Shown here: piece after piece, positions 11,800 to 24,244 of the stretch
Layout: each line of letters starts with the position of its first letter
Position numbering within the stretch: the first letter of the stretch is position 1
NCBI RefSeq assembly: GCF_006345805.1
Contig: NC_043000.1
Coordinates: 162,006,001 to 162,070,000 of the forward strand
Reading direction: 5' to 3'
Origin: Octopus sinensis
Lineage: Eukaryota
Length of the DNA: 64,000 nt
Notes under the pieces: generated by a model
What the model saw: the letters and a program-made list of their open reading frames with translations, nothing else
Database searches by the model: none
Told to the model about the DNA's origin: nothing
Position numbers and translations under genes: made by a program

Positions 11800-12290
11800 A
11801 TGGAGAGGGGAGGATAGAGAGAAAATGAGAGAGACAGAGGGAGGTAGAGACGAAGAAAGACAGAGGGGGGAGGGTAAAAGAGAGAGGATGATATGAAGAA
11901 AGAGAAAGGAGGTATGAAGCGATAGCGAGACAGAAGGATGGAGGGGAGGGGAAATATAGAGTGACAGAGTGAGGGAGAGAGAGGAGAGAATGAAGAATTA
12001 TGAGGGAAAGAGAGAGATGGAATGAGAGGGAGAGGAGGGAAAATAAGAAATATGAGGGAGAGAGGTAGATGTAGAGAGAGACAAAGAGAAGGAGTGAGAA
12101 GCGGAAAAAGGAGGAAGATATGAAAAGGAAGAAGAGACAGAGTAAGGGAGAGAGGTAAGAAAAAAGGAAGATATGAAAGAAAGAGTGGAAGAGTAGGTAA
12201 CGCAGATATGAAGAAAAGAGAAAAACGGAAGGTTTAGAACGGAAAGGACGCTGAAAGAAAAAAAGAGAAAATGAAAAACGATAATGAATT
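11800..12290. repeat. GA-rich polypurine low-complexity tract
   Basis: Direct reading. Confidence 0.9.
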
Positions 12291-12748
12291 CGTAACGAAT
12301 TTGCTACCGTAAATTTTCAAATAGAATGTAAACAAACAATTCTTCTTCACTCAAATTTTCATCCGGTATTACCAAAGATAAAACAAAATAAACAAAATGA
12401 ATAGGATACTTATTCCCAAGAGGTAAAAATCCTAGTCTTTGTTTTGTACGAAGAAGTTTTGTTTCAAAGAAAAATTGATTAATTTTTTGCACACGGCCAC
12501 TTGTGGAAGTACGATTTATCACCACTTGCTTTCATCAAGGATAACTCTGGCTTGCATCGATGACTATAGTGTAATATATTAAACTTTTTACGAATATATT
12601 ATAGTAGACGGTTGTGAAATAACAAGTACTACGTTCTTTGGGTAAGTTTTAGTGGATTTTTTTGTCGATTTAGGAAATCCTTTTTGGTTGTTTCAAGAAC
12701 ACGGAAAACACGTCTATCACAACCGAAACAGGAAGTCAATATATATAG

Positions 12749-12779
<31 letters not shown>

Positions 12780-13019
12780 CGTGCATACAAGTATATATAT
12801 ATATATACACACATAGGAGCAAAACGCCCCCCCCCCCATTCAATTGACGGTGCTGAGTTGTCAAACATTTAAACCAAATTTTATCAAAACAACTTGTCCG
12901 ACCGTCCCATAGGCCTCCCCTTTGAGAAACACTGATTGAACCTAAATTTGAGACACCAGCAAAACAAGAAATAAAGATAGACTCTTTTCTGTTCCAAGAA
13001 AAACGATTTTACAAATGCA

Positions 13020-13210
13020 CGTTCCCACGGCTTTATCGATCACATTCTCACCTGGAATCGATTTTTGTAATTTTTTCAAGACTTATGCACGCTCTGATAC
13101 TGTCGGTATCTACATATGAAATTTGAGCGCAATCGGATGGAGGATGCCCAAGATCCTAGAAGACACACAGACAGACAGACAGACAGACAGAACGGATTTT
13201 ATATAATAGA
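13020..13210 (-). mobile_element. 5' part of a non-autonomous Helitron-like element
   Basis: Minus A|TCTATTATATAAAATCCG..(TCTG)n..CCGATTGCGCTCAAATTT; 3' CTAG end not identified. Confidence 0.55.
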
Positions 13211-13244
13211 TATGCGTTTATATATGTATATATATGTATGTATA

Positions 13245-13280
<36 letters not shown>

Positions 13281-13611
13281 TGTATTATGTATGTATGTAT
13301 GTATGTATGTATGTATGTATGTATGTATGTATGTATGTATTGACAAGAACAGTACTGTAGTTGATTTGTTCGACTAAACAACCTATAAAGTAGTGTCTCA
13401 GAGTGACCAACATTTTTTTTCAGAGAGGACTAAGTTACTCACACACACGCATGCACACACTCACATGTATGTATGTATCGTTGTTGATGTAATTGATTTC
13501 TTGTAAACAACTAAAACATTGCACACGTCTGTCTATAGTAATTTTTTGTCTCTTTCTCTCTCTCCCTCTATTTCTCTTTCTCTGTTTCTCCCCTTCTCTC
13601 TCTCTCTCAAC

Positions 13612-13676
<65 letters not shown>

Positions 13677-14689
13677 AAGAATGAATAGAGACAACCGTAG
13701 GCAATGTGTTACCGAAAAGGAAAATTACCATTGTCGCTAAATTTAAATACGGTGTTAGAACACCAAGTCGTATTTAGTGACAATTATATATGATATATAT
13801 ATATATATATATATGTGGTGTGTGTGTGTGTGTGTGTGTGTGTGTATTCATACATGCATACATACATACACACACACATATATATGTATACATATGCATA
13901 CATTATATCTCTCTATATGTGTGTGTGTGAGTGTGTGTATGTATTTATATATGTATTTATGTCTTTTTTCTCTTTTTTTAATCTTTTTTTCTTTTTAATT
14001 TAGAGTACAGTTTCACTGGCCACCTACTTGGTACCAAGGGTTATGAAGTAAAGCATCTCAACTTAAGCGTCATCCTTTAACTCTTACTAAGATCCAGCAG
14101 ATTTTTATAGTCCCAGATATCGTTACCATTTGTAGCTTATGATTTAAATATTTGCGTTCTCTCCTCATGATTCCAAGTTTAGCCATGTGTATGTATGTAA
14201 GTGTGTATATGTGTGTGGCCAATATGTTCTGGTGTATCTTCTCTAGATGCAGAAGTTCTTCAGCATAATGAAGAAAGTGAAGCATTAGCAATTATGTGCT
14301 CAGTGGATTAACAGAATCTTACCTCTCATAATATGGTAACATTTCTCATGGAATCAGCAGACAAAATAGAAAAGGCGTTGACCCGGTGGATGGCGAGGAA
14401 GACGTGTATGTATGTATGTATGTATGTATGTATGTATGTATGTATGTATGTATGTATGTATATATCGTTGGTTCAGAAATATATTTACTTTCTTGGACAG
14501 AAGAAATGATGAGTACTAATTTCGAATACTCATCCCATACTCACATATTTAGAACCTCAAGAAAACCAGCTCATGTGAATCAATAATATTTTTGATGCTA
14601 TATCCTTTATAAGAGCACTCGCTATATTGGATATGCCAAAACCATGATCCATTAACACTCACACACATACACAGATACACACACGTGTA

Positions 14690-14727
<38 letters not shown>

Positions 14728-14875
14728 GTGAAATAGAAAGATGAATAATCTTGTTGTAGATTAATCAAAAGTTAACCGATACCTTAGTAGCAAAAATCAC
14801 AGCAGTAAACAGCACGGTTGGAGGTACAACCATCTGGCGTTGCAACCGTGCGTTGGTGCGGATAATTGAAATTAA

Positions 14876-15149
14876 AACATTATTGGTGAATTGAAGAAAT
14901 GGAGCTGAACGCAGATTGAACAGAAATCGTTTTATTTCATTCTACACGTGTTTCGAAAGGCACAAATTACCAAAATCCGATTGAATAATGGGACCATATT
15001 GTGTCTTTCCTGAAGAGAAAGACACAATATGGTCCCATTATTCAATCGGATTTTGGTAATTTGTGCCTTTCGAAACACGTGTAGAATGAAATAAAACGAT
15101 TTCTGTTCAATCTGCGTTCAGCTCCATTTCTTCAATTCACCAATAATGT

Positions 15150-15150
<1 letters not shown>
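14876..15150. repeat. Perfect palindrome: 134-bp arms (14876-15009, 15017-15150) with 7-nt loop CTGAAGA
   Basis: Arms read as exact reverse complements by eye. Confidence 0.93.
15004..15089 (+). ncRNA. Type I hammerhead motif with long stem II
   Basis: TCTTTC, CTGAAGA, GAAAGACACAA...TTGTGCCTTTC (10/11 pairs), GAA, palindromic ACACGTGT, A17, GAATGA. Confidence 0.68.
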
Positions 15151-15183
<33 letters not shown>

Positions 15184-15189
<6 letters not shown>

Positions 15190-15495
15190 TTGTTATCGCC
15201 ATATTAATATGGCAGTCTTATAGATATAAGACTAAAAGCTGTCGCTGATTAGCTCCATGAGGCCATCGCCTTAAGATAGCTATTTGACACACAAACTGTG
15301 TCCATTATAACCTTCGAACAAGGGAGGTCAGCCGCTTCACACTGCCAGTCAGACAGCTACAGACGCGTTTCAGAGTATTTGCCCTTTGTCAATGTAGCGT
15401 AGTCAGACCCAGCAGGCCTCATGGAGCTAATCAGCGACAGCTTTTAGTCTTATATCTAAATGACTGCCATATTAATATGGCGATAACAATTAATT
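15184..15495. mobile_element. Foldback element: 81-bp inverted arms (79/81) around a 150-bp spacer
   Basis: Arms 15184-15264 and 15415-15495; followed by a ~60-bp tail shared with 17172-17235; flanked by (AT)n. Confidence 0.88.
15356..15398 (-). ncRNA. Minimal type I hammerhead motif with U3-A8 core and GUC cleavage triplet
   Basis: Minus: GCTACA, TTGACAA, AGGG[CAAATA]CTCT, GAA, ACGCGT, C17, TGTAGC; perfect 6-bp stem I. Confidence 0.78.
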
Positions 15496-15548
15496 TCCAG
15501 TAACGCTGCAGTAATCTCTTTTAGAGAGACTTAGTAATTTTAATATTT

Positions 15549-15579
<31 letters not shown>

Positions 15580-15818
15580 CCAAACTATATATATATATGT
15601 ACTCGCATAGCAAGTGATTTGATCTGAGATCGTGTGCTGGAACGAAAACAATTGCAGCTTGGAAGGTGTTTGTAAGCCATTTAAGAAACACACAAAAGCC
15701 GTTCGATTCACTTTAACATTTAAGTTTAATTTGTCAAAATATTTTCGTCGCATCTGATGCAGCACGGATTTTTGTCAGTGATAAATAAATAAATAAAATA
15801 ATATATAAATATAAAAAT

Positions 15819-15873
<55 letters not shown>

Positions 15874-15875
15874 TA

Positions 15876-16782
15876 GTAGGTACGTACATATATGTTTATA
15901 TATATGCATATGTTCTATTTTATTAACATATTATACGACTAAACGCACGCACCCTATTAAGTAAGATTGTTCTGTTTATCAAGTTAGCCTTGATATTAAC
16001 TCTCACGCGACTCTGCATCTTTCTTTCTTTCTCTCCCATTCCCTTTTTCGTCCTTTTTCCCTCACTTAACTTGTCTCTTCCTCTCCCTCACCATTCTTCA
16101 TGGTCTCCTCGCACCATTCCCCTTCTTCTCTCTCTTCCTCTTGCTCCTCCTCCCCCATTCCCGTCGTCCATCTGCGACGATACTTCCGTCGTAACTGCTA
16201 TCCTGTCTTTTCTCGCCCGCCTTCTAAGGCCACTGGTCGACATTCTTTCTCTCTCGTCGTCCACTATAATCCAGCGTTTGCATTACTTTTTTCGTCTGGC
16301 GTAAACAGCCCTTCTTATCTTGTTCTCCTTGTCCTGTCTCTCACTGTTATATATTTATTTTTCAACTGTTTATATATAATTTTTTTTTTTACTGTTTATA
16401 TGTTTGTACTGTCGTTACCGTCTTGCTTTTTTTACCATTTTTTACCCCTCTGCGAAAAGATCTCAGAATTTTAATTGATTTGCTTTTCGCAGGAAGGAAG
16501 TTTCTTCGAAGTATACGTCTCGCTTTTATCCTTCGAAACGTAGAGTAGATGAAACCTTAGCGACTGAAGAAGGGGATTTTTCGTTGTGCTTATTGTCCTG
16601 TATCTCTCTTTTTTTCTTTTTTGCTTGTCCTGTTCCTTGGTTTGTGTCTATGTTTTTCGTCTCTCTATGTGTTCGACGTCTTTTTGGTGTCCTGTACACA
16701 TATATGCGTGTATATGTACATGTAGAGGTAGGTACGTACATATATGTTTATATATATGCATATGTTCTATTTTATTAACATA

Positions 16783-16783
<1 letters not shown>
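15876..16783 (+). mobile_element. Non-coding element bounded by 56-bp direct repeats (probably PLE-related)
   Basis: gtaggtacgtacatatatgtttatatatatgcatatgttctattttattaacatat at 15876-15931 and 16728-16783; (AT)n on both sides. Confidence 0.65.
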
Positions 16784-16833
<50 letters not shown>

Positions 16834-17101
16834 ATATTTTTATATATATATATATATATAAAATTTATAAGTTTAATTTATTTGAATAATTTTTTAATTT
16901 TTAACTTTTATATTTTTAAATTAATTTTACGTATTGGTTTATGTTTTACACTGTTTGATTTGCCTAATAGTGGTTTTATCTCTAATTTAATATAATATAA
17001 TATATATATTTATACTATAAAATTGGATTTAATTCTAAATCTAATTTTTCACTGTAAGTTTGGATTTATTCCCTAATATTATTATTATTAATTATATATA
17101 T

Positions 17102-17171
17102 ATAGTTATCGCCATACTAATATGGCATTCTTATTTTTATAAGAATGCCATATTAGTATGGCGATAACTAT
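17102..17171. repeat. Perfect hairpin: 33-bp arms, TTTT loop
   Basis: atagttatcgccatactaatatggcattcttat / ataagaatgccatattagtatggcgataactat; related to the arms of 15184-15495. Confidence 0.93.
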
Positions 17172-17231
17172 TATTTTCCGGGAACGCTGCCGCTGTTCTC
17201 TTTTAGAGAGACTTAGTTATTTTAATATTTC

Positions 17232-17484
<253 letters not shown>

Positions 17485-17692
17485 CAAGTAGAAAATGGAT
17501 AAAACTTTTGATCAACAAACAAACAAATTGACGAACATCGGTTGATTATTTTTTAATACAAAACTTAACACTGCTTACGGCCGTTTCGCCTATCAATGCC
17601 AGTCGGTGCCTACAAAGAAAATTCCGAAAATAATATTCGTCATCTATATAGCACATTCGAGCTGGTACATGGAGCTTCATCAAAATGAATAC

Positions 17693-18234
17693 AAATGCCC
17701 ACTTCCCATAACTGAAGTGGTTTCATGGCAAAGAATTCATCAAGGTATCTTTTTACGTCATCCAAGGAATTGAAATTTTTACAATTAAAACTATTCTGCA
17801 GAGACCTAAATAAGTGGAAATCCGAAGGAGCAATATCTGGTGAATATGGAGGGTGGGGTAACACATACCAGCCGAGCTGCAGCAATTTTTGTCTGGTTCC
17901 CAAAGAAACGTGCAGTCTCCCATTATCATGTTGGAAAACAACACCCTTCCTATTGGCCAATTCTAGTCGTTTCTCTTGAATTGCTGCTTTTAACTCGTCC
18001 AGTTGTGTGCAGTATTTCTCAGAATTGTCTGGTTACTTGGGAGGAGCTCATAGTACAGAATTCCTTTCCAATCCCACCAGACACAAAGCAAGACTTTTTT
18101 AGGGCGAAGACCCGCTTTTGGAGTGGCTAAGGGTGGCTCATGTTATTTGTTCCATTTTATGGACTCAAACATGTTCTAAAATAAGTCGAAAAGTAAGCTA
18201 ATATAAATCGGCACGAACTTTCCAGACTACCCAA
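17693..18234 (-). mobile_element. Internally deleted mariner (DD34D) with one TIR
   Basis: TIR ttgggtagtctggaaagttcgtgccgattt next to TA; KKVLLCVWWDWKGILYYELL, FQHDNG, PHPPYSPDIAPSDFHLF. Confidence 0.9.
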
Positions 18235-18311
18235 TATATATATAAACACACACATATTTGGATGGATGGCTGATTGTTTATACCTGTATGTATATATATA
18301 TATATATGTGT

Positions 18312-18351
<40 letters not shown>

Positions 18352-19204
18352 GTGTGTGTGTGTGGTGTGTGTGTGTGTGGTGTGTGTGCTTGCGGGCATG
18401 CGTGTGTGCGTGCATCTGTAATTTCCCTGGTCATTTGTTAACTACAGAAGGGCTTTTGACGACTTGGATTGAGGATCGAGCTTGTTATTTTGCGCTCTAC
18501 TTCACAATTTTTCTGGATTTCATCAATCACCACTTCGTTCCAAATATATCAATATAATTGTGTCGTTGGTGGTTGTGTAAAATCTCAAATCAACTTTCAC
18601 TGTGCAGACCAGAAGTCATTGACCCTACAGCTGTGACCGTCTCACCTTACTTTATAATAGATATATGGAAATATACTTTCCAATGAGACCCCAGCCCCGA
18701 TTTTTATTTTTTGTTACAGTTGAGTATGAACATGTGTTAGATTTGATTTCTGTTTCTAACAGTCTAAGCGAGGATGCAAAATTCCCCTCGAATCTAGTTT
18801 GCAGTGTTAATATCGTAAATTAGTAAAAATCTATGTTTACGCCATACTACATAATGGTTGACCTCAAATGCTGCTCTCAGCTGGCAATGCAGTTGCAACA
18901 GGTAGTTTTAGTCAATACACTTTAGTCAATACACTTTAGTCAATACACTCATGCTCATAATCGAATGTTCATACACCTACACACACGGCTCACTCACTCG
19001 AAGACCGCTCACACACACACACAAACGTACAGATACACACATGTACATTTCTGTACACGACTGCATAAAGTTTTTCTATTTATATGATCTTAACATCTGG
19101 GCTTTTCTCGATTATAGAATTAGATATTGTGAAATAACAATGATTGACATTTTTATCGCTGTTATTTTTTTGTGTTTCATTACACGCACAGATACATACA
19201 CACA

Positions 19205-19297
<93 letters not shown>

Positions 19298-19382
19298 ACC
19301 ACATTCACAAGGAACTAAAGTGCCACACAATACGGTGGCCTACTTCTATTATGTATTTTCCTTTTCATTAAACAAGCAAAAG

Positions 19383-19545
19383 GCGTCGTGCTGGCAGAAT
19401 CGCCAGCACACTGGGAAAAGTGTCTAGCGGCATTTCGTCCGTCTTTACATTCTGAGTTCAAATTTCACCGAGGTCGACTTAGCTTTTCATCCTTTGAGGG
19501 TCGATAAATTATGTACCAGTGAAACACTGAGTTGATGTATTGAAG
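19383..19545 (+). mobile_element. SINE family A monomer, diverged
   Basis: ctggcagaatcg..gagttcaaattt..gtcgacttagcttttcatccttt..gtcgataaatt. Confidence 0.75.
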
Positions 19546-21075
19546 TATTTAGTATTGAGGAGGTTTCATTTATAAGGACGTACTCCCGTATTTGTCGGAG
19601 TGTTGGGTCTTTTGGGTGCTTGGATAAGATGCGGATGTCAAGTTGAGCCAAGATGCCTCCACAGTGGTCTTTGGCATGCTGGTAGAGTATAGAGGACTGT
19701 TTTTTGTCATAATATTGTCTCAGATCGTCATTTAGTCGTTCCGCAATGCTCCTGGATGTCTCCCCTATGTACATCATGTTCATGTCTTTACAATCAACTT
19801 CTATGCATCTTATGTTGTAAACTACATTTCGAGTTCTACAGTTAATGCCAGGGCTAATCTTACATAGCATGTAGTTTTCATCGGTGCATATGGTATTCTT
19901 AAAGGGGTACGTCCCACATAGTTGTGATGATGACGGAGTTCCCTAGCTTTTCTCCAATCTTAATGTTGAGGTTGGTCTCCTTCAAAGCTTTTCTAAATCT
20001 ACGGGCTAGTTCTCCTTGGGCTGTGACCTCTACAAACATCACTCCTTGATATTTGTCGGTTTTATACCACGTGTTCGCCCTGTTTGCTTTGTCACAAGTT
20101 CTTTGTATCCTATTCCATTCTTTGTTTCTATATCTAGGGCAGGTACCACTGATAGAATTACGTATAATGTTGTCTAATTTCTTTCGATCTCCCCAGTATA
20201 CTCGAGCCCTATCTTTCTGATCATATCCAGAGAACTGCAGGCGGTGCATGAAGTTCTACATATGTTTTTTTCATTTCATAGGGTTCGCATAGTGGAGACA
20301 CATTGTTCATTATTCTAACTAGGTCTGCTATCAGTATGTTAATTTTCATGTTGTGTGACAAAGTTGAGTTTTTGTGAACAACATATTTTGAAGTTATGGG
20401 TTTCATGTAATAGGTGTGGAGGAGCTGCACTCTATTGTTCATAGTCTTTAACCAAAGTTCAATATCAAGTACGGGAGTCTATTGTTGGGTTGCTTAGTGG
20501 GATAATCTATAGTTACCTTGATACTTTGGTGGATGGAGTTAGCTATTTGCAGATGTTCTCCATTACTTTCTTCTCAGTTTCTACATTAGCATCTCTAGAG
20601 TTGGTCCTAACTATGATATCAATGTCATCTACATATCTACTGTAGAGTAGTATAGTTGTGGACTGTTCTGCTAACATTTGTTTAAGTTTTCTGTACCACC
20701 AGGTCATGAAGAGGCCAGCCACATCTCCAGCTACACCGACACCGATGGCTGCACCTTGAACCTGCTTGTATAGTTTTTTGTTAAACTTTACTATGTGGTT
20801 GTTCAAGGTGGTTTTTACACTGGCTGCTATTGCTTGTGCAATCATTTCTTTCACCTGATTGTTGTTCTCAGGGTTTGGGATGGCTGCGGCCCAGCCACTA
20901 TAGTGCTCTGTGGTGCTTTTATTCACTGCTGAAGTGGTTGTGGGTGGTCTTCCCCTCTGTGTCCTGGCGGGGCAGAATCTACTGAGGTCATAGTCATCTA
21001 AATAGTTACTGTCATAGCATATTCTGAGGAGGAGGCCCAGTTCCCTAGTGTTGACAAATACGGAATTACGTCCTT
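19546..21075 (-). mobile_element. 5'-truncated PLE (RT, thumb, C-terminal GIY-YIG), a lineage distinct from the other PLEs here
   Basis: YKQVQGAAIG, RYVDDI, YYMKPITSKYVVH, NVVYNIRC...YIGETSRSIAERL; frameshifted. Confidence 0.85.
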
Positions 21076-21453
21076 AGAAATGAAATCGCTCCTAAACTAA
21101 ATAGGAAATATACATAATAGATATCATACCTCCATACCTACAGTTTACACAGGTAGAGTAGAATAGTTAGTGGACTGTTATGTAGAGAGATGTATGTATG
21201 TGTGTGTGTCTGTGTGTATGCACATTAAAATTTTTTTGTATCTAAACATATGGTTATGAAAATAAACAGATCAACATACAGACGAATAGGAAAATAGGTT
21301 ATAAGAACAGACAATCACACATACGCAAATGGAGTCTGAAACACACGACCATATATATACACACACTTTACTCCACACAAGAACACATATGGAGACACGG
21401 ATCCTCACATATAGAGATGCACATCCATACATACAAACATGGTACATAGTTGC

Positions 21454-21505
<52 letters not shown>

Positions 21506-21639
21506 CGCACAAAGAAAAAGGAATGCAGTGTAAATAGCGGACAGAGTCAAGACTATTGAAAAGGTTGCAAGACGCAACGAAAATTTTAGGAAAATAAAAA
21601 TAAGAAATAAGTGGAAATTTTACTGGTGAGTGTGTTACA

Positions 21640-23990
21640 TTATAAGGTACTAAAAGAGAATGACTCTCCCCAGTAATTCTATCATGAAGAACATCTTAGT
21701 ACCGATTTCAGTCTGCGACTTTTTCAACTTAGAGTATGAAAAACAATTGAATTGTGGAAAAATTAAATGAAATGTTTTTGAAAAATATTTCTATAGTTTT
21801 CAAATGCAAGGGACATTTTCTTTTTTTTTCTGCCTGTTTCTGTCTTTCTTTTTTTACTCTTGTGGGTTCTGGGTAGTTAGCAGCAGCTAGTTTGATATGA
21901 CTTCTTGATTGTTTAAGCAACGGTAGTAGTAGAGAAAGGAACGAAGAAGAAGAAGAAGAAGAAGAAGAAGAAGAAGAAGAATGCTGGAGTGGTATGACAG
22001 TAGCAGGATGTTGGTGGAATCCTCTTAAATGGTCATGTGACCTAAAAGTGACTCGTTTGGGATTGTAATAGTATTGTTCTGAATAAATTCATGGGAAGTG
22101 ACTGTTTTGAGTATATCGTTTTCAATATTTGCGTGGGTGTTATTCTAAGGCCCTGGTGACAGTGTCATTTTTGGTGGATGCATCCAAAAGGGGTTTATAT
22201 TTTGTGATAAAGAATGACTCTTCATCACTGACTACAGGTTGTATCGTCCCTGAATTGATAGAGTGGAAAATTCTGAAGCAGGGTTGTTTGTTATTGGCGC
22301 AAATGTCGTAGAAAAATACGACCCACTTAGTTGAACGGTAGATATTGCTTGGAGTCCGTGGGCTTATAGTATATACGTTTCTATTTCGTTGTTAGATTTC
22401 TTAACGAGGATGTCGAGGAAAGGAAGTTGTTGATGGCTATATTCCATCGGAAATTGAAAGTCCATTTATAAGTGGTTGAAATTCTTTAAATCTCTATAAT
22501 TTCATGCTAAAGAATGAAACAGTCATCCAGGTATTTTTTCCAGTTATTTTCTATATAGAGGAAGAATGGGTTGCCGTATTTCTCTAGTACCTTACGATAA
22601 AGACTGATTTCTAGATATCCCATGACTTGGTTAGCAAAGGAGGGGGCCATTCTCGTACCCATCTCAGTCCGCAATTTTTGTCGATAGAAGTTGTCTTTGA
22701 ATACAAAGTAGTTATTCTCCAAGATGAATTTTAGCCCGTTTATTAAGAATTCTTTTTTGATGCGATGTGGGAGTTCATTGGTGTAATTCTCTAGCCAGAA
22801 TTGAATTGCCTCTATTCTTAGGCTGTGAGGAATATTAGAATAGATGTTGACTACATCGAAGGATACTAGTAGGGTGTTTTTGCTTATTGTTTTAGCGAGG
22901 TGATTGAGCATATCCAGGTGGTCCCTTATGTAGCTTTTGATACGCTTAAGGAATAGTTTTAAGAAGGTATCTAAAAAGTTACTGAGGCGGTGGGTTTCGC
23001 ATGCGAAACCTGCTATTATAGGTCTCAATTTGAGGTCATTAGGCGTAGGGACCTTGATTATTATGTCTGTGGCTATCTTGCATGTGTTACTTATTTTCTC
23101 ACTTTTGTGTATTTTAGGAATACCGTAGAATTGACTGGATTTACTTTTGAAATCCTATAATCGTAATCCTTGTCGGTGAGCCTTTCTCTGTATAGGTTCA
23201 ACATCGATTTTAAGTTTCTCATTATTTTCTCCTGACCTTAGCGTTGGTCCTTTTCTTAATATTTGGTGTCTTCTAATATGGATAGTACTAGAGTTATATA
23301 GTATACCGTGTCCATTAAGACAACTGCTCTCCTCTTATCAGCATCTTTGTTATTGTTTTATCATCATTTAATTTGTTCAGCTCAGCCCATTCTTTTTTGC
23401 TGAAGTTTGGCTTGTGTTTTTGTTTGTGTTATTGTTGACATGGGTAATTAGAGATGTATTTACAGAAATGGCCAAGAGTTTTGTTCTTGCCTTTTGAAGG
23501 GGTGTAGTTACTTCAATTTCGGACTAACGATTCGTCCTCGTTGTATTTGTCGTATAGCTCCTCAGTGAGTCATAATTTTTTACAGAATTCCGCGACATCT
23601 TTCATTTCGTTGCGTTGGGGGTGAGTGTAAACTTGAGCCCTTTGGAGAGTATGTTGATTTGCTTTGCTGTTAGATTTTTTTGTGAGTTAGATTGATGATT
23701 TCTATCACTTTTGGTTCTTCCTGTCTGTCTGGTGCTATCTCGTGTTTTTGTTTGCGTATTGGGTCTAAAAACTGATGGAGGTGATTGGGACGCTAGCTGT
23801 TGTGTTCCTTGTTGTTGCGGGATGCCCTGTTGTGATTTATGGTGCAGGTTCTTGGAAAGGTATTGAAAGGTGTATCCCGATATCCCATGTTCAGATGTGG
23901 TGTTTTAGGGGGCCATCGTTGGTAATTATTACGTGTGGTACGGGTTTGTTGTGCGTAATTGTTTAGTAGATTGCTGGAACGAAAGTTTCG
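21640..23990 (-). mobile_element. Near full-length decayed PLE (N-terminus, RT, deleted thumb/EN, EN tail, terminal repeat)
   Basis: ILSKGLKFTPTP, DADK..AVVLMD, RPIIAG, SFDVVNIYSNIPH, GTRMAPSFAN, YLDDCF, LPFLDI, YKPTDSKQYL, then ITKYKPLL and a repeat shared with 7709-9270. Confidence 0.88.
21692..21738 (-). ncRNA. Minimal hammerhead motif with U3-A8 core (third copy of the family)
   Basis: Minus: TCT AAG, TTGAAAA, AGTC[GCA]GACT, GAA, ATCGGT, A17, CTA AGA. Confidence 0.62.
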
Positions 23991-24244
23991 TTGGTTTTAG
24001 AGATCCAAGAACATAGGCGGATTCGAGCGTAAATATAAATTGTAAAATACGGTAAATATGAATTAATTGCGTTACACGACAAACAGCAGCTTTGCTATAA
24101 TTTATTACATTTCTCCATTTAAACCGAGATTGTCTATAAGTAAATTGTTTAATAGTTCTAGTAGTTTTTAATTTTTTATTTATTTATAATTTACATAAAT
24201 TAATTTATGTTAATTTTAATCGATTTTTAGTTTTAGATTCTAAA

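Noticed and set aside
12604-12738. GGTTGTGA/TCACAACC stem followed by GAAAC...GTC
   Set aside because: No CUGANGA-like core or stem I
15730-15782. Minus-strand GCGAC-GAAAATATTT-TGAC half motif
   Set aside because: Core and 5' stem strands are absent in this copy
17565-17612. Minus-strand GAAACGGCCGTA (hammerhead 3' half with palindromic stem III)
   Set aside because: No core or stem I partner upstream; incomplete
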